Part shown: positions 18,362 to 25,742 of the stretch, piece after piece
Layout: each line of letters opens with the position of its first letter
Position numbering within the stretch: the stretch's first letter is position 1
Assembly (NCBI GenBank): GCA_964489175.1
Contig: CAZAYA010000003.1
Span: 1 to 53,421 of the forward strand
DNA: 53,421 bases
Direction: 5' to 3'
Source: an uncultured Flavobacteriales bacterium
Lineage (GTDB): Bacteria; Bacteroidota; Bacteroidia; Flavobacteriales_D; CAYVSK01
Translations under genes and position numbers: made by a program
The notes under the pieces: model-generated
Told to the model about the DNA's origin: nothing
Database searches by the model: none
Seen by the model: only the letters and a program-made list of their open reading frames with translations

Positions 18362-20176
18362 TCATTCTTCCTGCTTGTCCGTGATCCCCATTTCCCGCAT
18401 CAGATAGGTAGCGTTCATATTCCTGCACACCCCTTCTCTGAGCCGGTAATCGAAATGAAGCCCTTCTTTCCGGATCTCCGCCTCAAAGCGAAGGTTCCCG
18501 ATCCTGTCCGGATATTCCTTCGCCAACACGGTCAGGTCCAGATCGTGAGTGGCTACGATACCTCCCGCTTGATAACGCATCAATTTACGGAGAAAATCCC
18601 GGGAACCTGCCTTCTTATCATCTGAATTCGTGCCTTTAAGGATCTCATCCAGCAGGATGAAACAAGTTCCTCCATTCTCCAGGTGGGCCACGATCCTTTG
18701 GAGCCGTTTGAGCTCGGAAAAGAAAAAGGACTCATGGGAAGCCAGGGAATCGGAAGTACGCATGCTGGTGATCAGCCGCACAGGGCGGAAACGAAGTGCC
18801 TCTGCACAAACAACTGTCCCTGCCATGCCTAACACAAGGGCAACTCCCACACTTCTCAGAAAAGTGCTTTTCCCAGCCATGTTGGCTCCGGTTATGATCT
18901 GGAATTGCCCTATATCCAAGAGCTCCAAATTGTTATTCACCCTCTCGCCAGGGGCGATCATCGGATGGCCAAGCTCTACAGCTTCGAACAAAGGTCCCTC
19001 CTGCCCAGGGACCGGGAAAACATGATACGGATGCTCATAAGCATATGTAGCAAGGCTGCTCAAGGCATCCAGTTCGCCCACGACTTCGAACCAGGAATGC
19101 ATGTTATCCCTCTCTTCTTCCAGAAACTTCTCCAGGCGAAAAGCACATTGCCAGTCCCACAGCAACAAAGCATTCAGGGCCAACCCTACAAAAGGGTTGT
19201 TTCGGCTTTCAAAAGCATCGGCGATCTTCTGCAACCGGAGGATTCGCTGACTGGCTTTTCCTCCACGCGCGACCACGCGTTCCTTCAATTTCCTCAACTC
19301 CTCCGACCGAAGATCTTCCTGCTCCAGATCTTCCAGAATACCTGCATGTCCTTTAATAACAGCTACATAGGCCTCTATCGCTCCGAATCGTCTGCGGATC
19401 GCCGGCATCTTCCATCCTACAAGACCAAAGGGTAGCACAAGGAAGAGCAAGTACTGCCCGAAAGTGATCATCCCCATCAACAGGAAGAAGAACAAAGCCA
19501 CGGACATAGCCGGAACGATGTAGCGAAGCACTTTTCCAATGCTTCCAAGCAATGGAACAGGAGCTTCCCGGCTAAGTTTCCCGATCAGTCGCTCTTCTTC
19601 CTGTCCCTGGTCCCGGAACAATTTCCCCCGAGCTCTTAAACTTTCCCTAAGGTCTGTTTTCCCAGAAAGCTCATGAACAGCTTCCTGGACCTTCAGGATC
19701 CTCTCCGCCTTTTCGTCGGGCTTGAGCAACCGGCCCACCAGGTTCTTTTTTCCTTGATAAGTAGACGTGCGGTCCAACAAGGGGAAAACCCCTCCCTCTC
19801 CGAAGAGGTCCAGATCATAAGAATGGTCATGCTCAGGATCGATGAATTCACGGCCATCATCAAAAGGGGTATGATCTCCCTGCAAAGCCGTCATTCCTTC
19901 CTCACAAACCTCTGCTCTGGCTTTGGCAAAGCGATACTCATACTGCACGTTCCCATGGAAACGGACCATGGACAGGAATATCACCAAAAAACCGATAAGC
20001 CCGAGGATCCCCGGCAATGTTCCGAGCTGGAAAAGAGCTGCAACCCCGGCCACTCCTGCCCCGAACAAAATCACCCGTAACCCCACGATACGGTCGAGCT
20101 TTTGCTTCAAAGAGCGGGCTTTCTCCCGGAAATGCTTCTCCCGGCGGCGATATTCATTCTCACGGTCGTGTTCCAT
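18362..20176 (-). CDS. MutS-family ATPase (domain V only) with an N-terminal transmembrane region
   Basis: MutS ABC-ATPase signature ITGANMAGKSTFLRSVGV with ILLDEILKGTNS and ATHD. Hydrophobic helices lie at about aa 40-80 and 225-260. There is no mismatch-binding domain I. I use the ATG at 20176; the ORF track uses the TTG at 20209. Confidence 0.85.
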   Translation of the reverse strand: MEHDRENEYRRREKHFREKARSLKQKLDRIVGLRVILFGAGVAGVAALFQLGTLPGILGLIGFLVIFLSMVRFHGNVQYEYRFAKARAEVCEEGMTALQGDHTPFDDGREFIDPEHDHSYDLDLFGEGGVFPLLDRTSTYQGKKNLVGRLLKPDEKAERILKVQEAVHELSGKTDLRESLRARGKLFRDQGQEEERLIGKLSREAPVPLLGSIGKVLRYIVPAMSVALFFFLLMGMITFGQYLLFLVLPFGLVGWKMPAIRRRFGAIEAYVAVIKGHAGILEDLEQEDLRSEELRKLKERVVARGGKASQRILRLQKIADAFESRNNPFVGLALNALLLWDWQCAFRLEKFLEEERDNMHSWFEVVGELDALSSLATYAYEHPYHVFPVPGQEGPLFEAVELGHPMIAPGERVNNNLELLDIGQFQIITGANMAGKSTFLRSVGVALVLGMAGTVVCAEALRFRPVRLITSMRTSDSLASHESFFFSELKRLQRIVAHLENGGTCFILLDEILKGTNSDDKKAGSRDFLRKLMRYQAGGIVATHDLDLTVLAKEYPDRIGNLRFEAEIRKEGLHFDYRLREGVCRNMNATYLMREMGITDKQEE

Positions 20177-20277
20177 GGTGTCATCAGAAAACGGATCACA
20201 AAGGAACAAGATCTGGGGAGCATATTCCGTCGTTGTCGCTGTCCCGTTTTTTATATTCTTACCTTTATCCTCCGAAA

Positions 20278-20940
20278 ATGAGGCTGCACAAGGAAGGGCA
20301 CCGGACCATCATGGTCGTTCTGCTGGCACTTCTGGTGATCAATGGGATCACTATTGCCTTGAGGAATGACGTGGCCATCCTTTATCCGGTCATCGGAGGA
20401 TCTCTCCTTTTGATGCTCTTCATCCTGCAGTTCTTCCGGATCCCGGAACGCTCCCTACCTGAGCTTAATGAAAAGGACATTTTGGCTCCGGCGGACGGGA
20501 AGATCGTGGCTTTCGAGGAAGTCGAGGAAACGGAGTATTTCAATGACCGGCGCATCAAACTGTCCATTTTCATGTCCCCGCTGGACCCTCACATGAACTG
20601 GTATCCCATCAAAGGGATGATCCGGTTCTTCCGCTATCACCCTGGGCGCTTTCTGGTCGCCTGGCATCCCAAATCTTCCTCTGAGAACGAATGCACCACG
20701 CTTGTTCTCGATCAGGGAGGGGAGCGGCAGTTGTTGGTCCGCCAGATCGCCGGAGCCGTGGCCAGAAGGATCGTTTGTTACGCAGAAGAAGGAAATGAAG
20801 TAGAACAGGGGAAGGAAATGGGTTTCATCAAATTCGGCTCACGGGTGGACATTTTCTTTCCTCCGGGAACAACCGTTCATACAGAACTGGATCAGAAAGT
20901 GACCGGTGCCCGGACCGTCCTGGCGAAATTCGCTTCCTGA
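20278..20940 (+). CDS. psd: Phosphatidylserine decarboxylase family protein (short form)
   Basis: The 220-aa product starts at the internal ATG at 20278 (MRLHKEGHRTIMVV...). It has two N-terminal TM helices and the self-cleavage/pyruvoyl site region GFIKFGSRVDIFFP. The upstream part of ORF 20017..20940 overlaps the MutS-family gene and is rejected. Confidence 0.88.
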   Translation: MRLHKEGHRTIMVVLLALLVINGITIALRNDVAILYPVIGGSLLLMLFILQFFRIPERSLPELNEKDILAPADGKIVAFEEVEETEYFNDRRIKLSIFMSPLDPHMNWYPIKGMIRFFRYHPGRFLVAWHPKSSSENECTTLVLDQGGERQLLVRQIAGAVARRIVCYAEEGNEVEQGKEMGFIKFGSRVDIFFPPGTTVHTELDQKVTGARTVLAKFAS

Positions 20941-20953
20941 AAGAACGACACAC

Positions 20954-21700
20954 ATGGCACGAATGAGTTTCAAAAGGACTGGCAAAGCCCTGATGATCGT
21001 ACTGGCTTTGATCGCTTTGGGAGCTGCCTCCCTGTGGGCCTACCGCACCTATAAAGGGGTCTTCATCGTTCGAAAGGTTCTGGGATCCGATCAATGGCAA
21101 CAAAAAATGGAACAGTTCAAGAACAGCAACATCCCGGATAACGCGATCGTGTTGTTGGGGGACAGCCATTCAGCTGGCTTCGACGAAACCCTGTTGGATA
21201 CTCCTGTGGTGAATCATGGGATCGGCGGCGATGTAACAGAAGGGCTCCTACGCCGAATAAAGGCAACGACCCGGCACCGTCCATCACAAGTTTTCCTGAT
21301 GATCGGAATCAACGACATCATCGCAAGAATTCCAGATGACACCATTCTCAGTCATTACCAGACGATCCTCCAGCGGTTCCACCATGAAACACCACAAACC
21401 AAGGTCGTGGTCCAGAGTATCCTCCCTACCTCCATCGAAGGAAGCCTTTACATCCATTACGAAGAGATCAACCGACGGGCCCGCCACATCAATCAGGAAC
21501 TGGAACAACTGGCGAAGGAATTCGACTATTCCTACCTCGATCTTTATCCTCTCTTTGAGGATGCCAGGGGAAAATTACAGGCCGAATACACCTCCGACCA
21601 GCTGCACCTCAACACCCGGGGATACCGGGTATGGGCCCGGGCCATCCGGGAACACCTTTCTCAGGCGGGGAATGATCAGGAAGAGGCCAATACTTCCTGA
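20954..21700 (+). CDS. SGNH/GDSL-family hydrolase
   Basis: Begins with a signal/anchor MARMSFKRTGKALMIVLALIALGAASLWA. Block I is LLGDSHSAG, block II GIGGD, block III MIGINDI, and a DQLHLN (DxxH-like) block lies near the C-terminus. Confidence 0.85.
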   Translation: MARMSFKRTGKALMIVLALIALGAASLWAYRTYKGVFIVRKVLGSDQWQQKMEQFKNSNIPDNAIVLLGDSHSAGFDETLLDTPVVNHGIGGDVTEGLLRRIKATTRHRPSQVFLMIGINDIIARIPDDTILSHYQTILQRFHHETPQTKVVVQSILPTSIEGSLYIHYEEINRRARHINQELEQLAKEFDYSYLDLYPLFEDARGKLQAEYTSDQLHLNTRGYRVWARAIREHLSQAGNDQEEANTS

Positions 21701-22902
21701 TCATCCGGCTCCAGAGAGGTCACCTCATCCGGAAGGGTCGCGAGGAATACCCCCTCCTCTTCCAGGATCGTTCGTCCCTTAAGCAGGTCTGCGAGGGCAA
21801 CCTTCAACAAAGTCCATTCTCCTTTTTCCCCTTCTTTTTCTGCAGAATCGAGTGCGTTCAACACACGCTGGTTCACTCCCCGGCAGCAGACCCGAAGGGT
21901 CTGCCCTTCCGTTACAGCATGTTCAGGATAAGAACGACGCTTGGTATAAGGATAGCGATAATCCTGGCTAATGGCCACTACATCTGACAGGACCGCACTT
22001 CCTGTGGGAGAACCGCCCGCTCCTTTTCCGGTAAAGACAGCCGGACCGGAATGGGTAGCCTCCACGGTCACCGTATTATCTTCTCCTTCGATATGATAAA
22101 GGGTTTCCTGTTCAGTGGCAAAATGAGGAGCCACGAAAACAGCCACCTGGTCCCCGGTGGTCCGCACCACCCTGGACCGGAGCCTGATCCTGGTCCCCAA
22201 CGAACGGGCCAGGTCCATATCCGCAGTGGTCAATCCGGAAATACCTGTCCGGAAGACCTTATCCGGATCAGGGAACACCCCGAATCCCTGAGCTGCGAAG
22301 ATCAGGGTCTTGTAAAGCGCATCGTAACCGTCCACATCAAGGGTAGGATCAAGCTCTGCAAAACCCAGTTCCTGGGCTTTGGCAAGAGCATCTTCATAGG
22401 AAACCCCATCCTTTTCAATGCGGGTAAGGATGTAATTGGAAGAACCATTGAAGATCCCTCCGATGGCTTTCAGTTCTTCTTTCCCATAAAAATCATCAAG
22501 CGTTTTAACAATGGGGATCGCGGCACAGGCAGCGGCTTCGTATAAGAGGCGTGTACCATGTTTTTCCTGCAGATCGAACAACGCTTGCAAATGTTCCGCC
22601 ACCATTTTTTTGTTCGCTGTCACGACATCCTTGCCGTGGCTCAGCGCATGGGACACGATGGAAAAAGCTTCCGGAGCATTGTCGATGACCTCCACCACAA
22701 GGTCGATGGTATCATCTTCCAGGATATCTTCCCGGCAGGTAGTGAAATAAGAGGCCGGCAGTTGCCGCTCCTTGTCCGCATCCTTGATGCAGATCTTCTC
22801 CACGGTCAGGTTGTCGCGGAAAGGGCTGTCCTGAAGAACATCGTAGAATCCTTGTCCGACAACGCCGAATCCGAACAACCCGATCTTAAGTGACTGGCTC
22901 AT
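21676..22902 (-). CDS. hom: Homoserine dehydrogenase
   Basis: The 408-aa product starts at the ATG at 22902 (MSQSLKIGLFGFGVVGQG is the NAD-binding GxGxxG). The catalytic-domain and ACT-like C-terminus fit. The start overlaps the metX stop by 17 nt. The 78 extra N-terminal codons in the ORF track lie inside metX. Confidence 0.92.
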   Translation of the reverse strand: MSQSLKIGLFGFGVVGQGFYDVLQDSPFRDNLTVEKICIKDADKERQLPASYFTTCREDILEDDTIDLVVEVIDNAPEAFSIVSHALSHGKDVVTANKKMVAEHLQALFDLQEKHGTRLLYEAAACAAIPIVKTLDDFYGKEELKAIGGIFNGSSNYILTRIEKDGVSYEDALAKAQELGFAELDPTLDVDGYDALYKTLIFAAQGFGVFPDPDKVFRTGISGLTTADMDLARSLGTRIRLRSRVVRTTGDQVAVFVAPHFATEQETLYHIEGEDNTVTVEATHSGPAVFTGKGAGGSPTGSAVLSDVVAISQDYRYPYTKRRSYPEHAVTEGQTLRVCCRGVNQRVLNALDSAEKEGEKGEWTLLKVALADLLKGRTILEEEGVFLATLPDEVTSLEPDDQEVLASS

Positions 22903-23977
22903 GATCGATCTTTTTTTTAGGGATGTTTTTTTGATAAAATTGTTCCAGAGCGGCGGTGATCCGCTCATGTTCAAGGAGGAACCCATCATGGCCGTATCGG
23001 GAATCGATGGCCGCGAGGCTGGCCCCCGGTATGTGCTGTGCCAGGAAACGCTGTTCAGCAATGGGGAAGAGCAGATCCGAGCGGATCCCGACCACCAGGG
23101 TCCGGGCCTTGACCTGACCCAATGCTTCTTCCACACTCTTCCTGTCCCTTCCTACATCATGCGAATCCATGGCCCTGGTAAGCGTAACATAGGAAAATGC
23201 ATTGAAACGGTGGACCAGTTTTTCTCCCTGATAACGCTGATAAGTAGCAGCTTTCTTTTCTCCGGCTGGCACATTCCGGGGATCCTGCTGAGCTCCTTCA
23301 TAAGTGTCGTAATTCCGGTAGCTCAGTAAAGCAATGGCCCGGGCCGCACTTAACCCTTTCTTCCCTCCATTTTCATGACGGCTATAGTAGGTGCGATCCG
23401 CTTTCACTGCCATTCTCTGGGTTTCATTGAAAGCGATCCCCCAGGGGGAATGAACAGCGTTGGTGGATAACAACACAAGGTCATCGATGAGCTCTGGTGC
23501 TTGAACAGCCCATTCCAGGGCTTGCTGGCCACCCAGCGAACCTCCTACTAAGCTTTGGATCCTCTGGATCCCCAGTTCTTTTCTCAAAGCGTCATGGACC
23601 CGGACCATATCCCGCACGGTCACTTCGGGAAATCGCTCGTACCAAGGTTCACCAGTAGCGGGTTCTGGATGGAGCGGTCCGGTCGTGCCATAACACGACC
23701 CCAGGATATTAGCACAGATGATGCAATGTTTTTCCGGGTCATAGAACTTTCCGGGGCCGACCATTCCTTCCCACCAGGTCATGGGGTCAGAATTACTGGT
23801 GAGCGCATGACAGATCCATACTACATTGCTCTGATCCGCGTTCGGCTCCCCCAGGATGGTGTAGGCGACCTCCAACTCAGGGAGTACAGCCCCGTTCTCC
23901 AGATGGAAAGGGCCTTTCAGAGTCTTTTTCTTGATCTCCGACATCGGAATACGTTTGTAAAAAGTTCCATTGTTCAC
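22886..23977 (-). CDS. metX: Homoserine O-acetyltransferase
   Basis: 363 aa alpha/beta hydrolase with the nucleophile elbow VGGSLGGQQALEWA, the N-terminal VVWICHALTSNSD, and the C-terminal YGHDGFLLE. Confidence 0.95.
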   Translation of the reverse strand: MNNGTFYKRIPMSEIKKKTLKGPFHLENGAVLPELEVAYTILGEPNADQSNVVWICHALTSNSDPMTWWEGMVGPGKFYDPEKHCIICANILGSCYGTTGPLHPEPATGEPWYERFPEVTVRDMVRVHDALRKELGIQRIQSLVGGSLGGQQALEWAVQAPELIDDLVLLSTNAVHSPWGIAFNETQRMAVKADRTYYSRHENGGKKGLSAARAIALLSYRNYDTYEGAQQDPRNVPAGEKKAATYQRYQGEKLVHRFNAFSYVTLTRAMDSHDVGRDRKSVEEALGQVKARTLVVGIRSDLLFPIAEQRFLAQHIPGASLAAIDSRYGHDGFLLEHERITAALEQFYQKNIPKKKIDHEPVT

Positions 23978-23979
23978 TT

Positions 23980-24225
23980 TTAATTCAAAAAGACCGCGGG
24001 AAAGAAACGTTCCTCATGAAGGGGAGCTTCGATCTTCACGACCTTGATCTGTTGTTTTCCCAATTCCTCCACAAAAAGGTCCTCTTCACCGTGCAGGTCA
24101 ACTGCTTCTTTTAGAAAAAAGGGGCGAAAATTCTTTTCTCCCGGGCCATGCTGTATTTTCAATTCAGCAAAGGGTAAGTGAAGGAAAAAGTCTTGTGTTG
24201 AAATGATCTTATTGGAAGTAGCCAT
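23980..24225 (-). CDS. Doubtful 81-aa ORF between the SAM riboswitch and metX
   Basis: The open frame ends 2 nt before the metX ATG. I recognise no family. It uses TCA, TTA, CTA and ATA codons, which are conspicuously scarce in neighbouring genes, so it may be non-coding leader sequence. Confidence 0.3.
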   Translation of the reverse strand: MATSNKIISTQDFFLHLPFAELKIQHGPGEKNFRPFFLKEAVDLHGEEDLFVEELGKQQIKVVKIEAPLHEERFFPAVFLN

Positions 24226-24445
24226 GTTAAAACGTTTGAATACGGTATAAAAAGAGAGAAGATCAGGGTTTGCCTACTCCGCAGCATCAGAACAATACAA
24301 CGCAGAGAAGAAGGCAGGTGCTGTCAGCAACAACGGCTGGCTATCATCGCCCAAGGGTAGGGCATTGCGCCGTTCGCTTCGATAGAATTCGAAAAGAGTG
24401 TGGGGATAAAACCCTGGAAATGGCGAGAAGTGGAATACGAAGTGT

Positions 24446-24576
24446 CCATCGTTTGATCCATATTTCCCTTACGGGCCAGGATTTAGCACCTTTCCGGGTC
24501 TTTCCCGGGGTTGCTAGAGAGTCATGGAGCCTGGTCTCTCGTCTTCTTCTTTATAGACCAACACAAAACGCGATGG
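24446..24576 (-). promoter_or_regulatory. SAM riboswitch (SAM-I / S-box clan) leading the metX-hom operon
   Basis: The minus strand reads TTGGTCTAT-AAAGAAGAAGAC-GAGAG-ACCAGGCTCCATGA-CTCTC-TAGCAACC-CCGGGAAAGACCCGG-AAAGGTGCTAAATCC-TGGCCCGTAAGGGAAAT-ATGGATCAA. P1 is TTGGTCTAT/ATGGATCAA (24553-24561/24453-24461), extended by CCATCG/CGATGG. The conserved GCAACC...GGTGCTAAATCC core, the P3 and P4 hairpins, and a CCAGG/CCTGG pseudoknot candidate are all present. Confidence 0.75.
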
Positions 24577-24594
24577 CATCGTGTCGATCGGGTG

Positions 24595-24627
24595 CAAACA
24601 TACAACAGAATGATCGACCTGACCAAA
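24595..24627 (-). promoter_or_regulatory. Putative Bacteroidota promoter (TTTG-N21-TATGTTTG) driving the riboswitch transcript
   Basis: The minus strand has TTTG (24627-24624), a 21-nt spacer, then TATGTTTG (24602-24595), about 18 nt upstream of the extended P1. Confidence 0.45.
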
Positions 24628-24790
24628 ATTTCCTGAAAAATATCGCTGACCTTCTCCGCAAAAACTTTCTTCCAAAGGGAATGAAAATTCATGACCCACT
24701 GGTGGTCAATAACTTTCTTTCCTAAGAAGGAAAGGAGGTTTAACATGATCCCTCAAGCAAAATAAAAGCGAATGAAAACGGATCCGGAAG

Positions 24791-25375
24791 TTATTTCTTC
24801 TTCCGTTGAATGAGCGATTCTACCGTAAAGACCGAGAGTTCATCGTTGATGGGTTCCACTTCATAGTGAAGCGGATTACTGGACTTCATGGCCATGGTAA
24901 TGAACCCGAGCCCGGCTCCTCCCTTGCTGGAGATCATGCCATTGGTAAGTACCTCCATGTAATATTCCTTCAAAGCCCCCCGGTCCATCTCATTGATCTT
25001 GTCGAGGTTCTTTTTCAGCGTATCGATGTTCTCATTCCTGATAAGGTTACCGATGGTCAGGTGATATTCATCCTCTCCCTGAGTGATCACCAGAAAAGCA
25101 GTCTGGTCACCTTTTTCATCTCTCTCTCCATGGAGTCGGATGTTTTGAAGGCCTTCGATAAGAATGCTGAAGATCTTCTTAACGGTCCCTTTTTTATCTC
25201 CGGAGTCGAGCATTGCTTGCTCAACCTGATTGGAAAGAGAATTCACAAGTTCTTGAGAGAATTCCCCAAAGTGGGACATGATGACCTTCTTCCCCGAATG
25301 ACCGGCGTATTTCCCGTAGATCTCCTGATACCGGGAATCACAGACTTCTAAAGCCTTATTCGGGTTTTTTGCCAT
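24791..25375 (-). CDS. HATPase-like small protein (SiaB / DUF6272-like family)
   Basis: 194 aa. It carries a C-terminal G-rich ATP-lid-like motif SSKGGAGLGFITMA. The size and helix-then-beta pattern resemble SiaB-type anti-sigma-like serine kinases. The family assignment is from memory. Confidence 0.6.
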   Translation of the reverse strand: MAKNPNKALEVCDSRYQEIYGKYAGHSGKKVIMSHFGEFSQELVNSLSNQVEQAMLDSGDKKGTVKKIFSILIEGLQNIRLHGERDEKGDQTAFLVITQGEDEYHLTIGNLIRNENIDTLKKNLDKINEMDRGALKEYYMEVLTNGMISSKGGAGLGFITMAMKSSNPLHYEVEPINDELSVFTVESLIQRKKK

Positions 25376-25742
25376 GATGTTAAGAAGCGTCGGTCAAATC
25401 GGTAAAAAAGGTCACCTCCGGACCGCTCTTACATGCAAAAATGATCAAAAGTTCCTCAAAACAAAGTTATCAATATAAACGATCCATTCTGTTCAGATCA
25501 TTCAAGCCATAAACCTTACCCTGAAGACCCTATAAATTTGAAAGCGAAAAGCTTATTCCAAAAGAATATTTTATCTTTAATCATCAACTTTTTGCTTGTC
25601 GAAGCAAGGAATGTTCTTTGGGATCTGTCTATTCTCAGCAGGGAATTATCCCCAAGCAATGACCAAGATGCCGGCGAAATATCCCGCTTGTCGCTCCAAA
25701 TCAAACCCCTGATAACAGAGACACTTACCTTTATATTAAACT

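Noticed and set aside
22903-23136. The N-terminal 78-codon extension of the homoserine dehydrogenase ORF (the track gives 21676..23136).
   Set aside because: The extension lies wholly inside metX in another frame and is Trp/Ser/Pro-rich. The GxGxxG NAD-binding fold begins right after the ATG at 22902.
24270-24746. ORFs 24270..24725 (+, 151 aa), 24522..24746 (-, 74 aa) and 24514..24699 (-).
   Set aside because: They cover the SAM riboswitch aptamer and its promoter. The region is better explained as structured RNA, and no protein motif is present.
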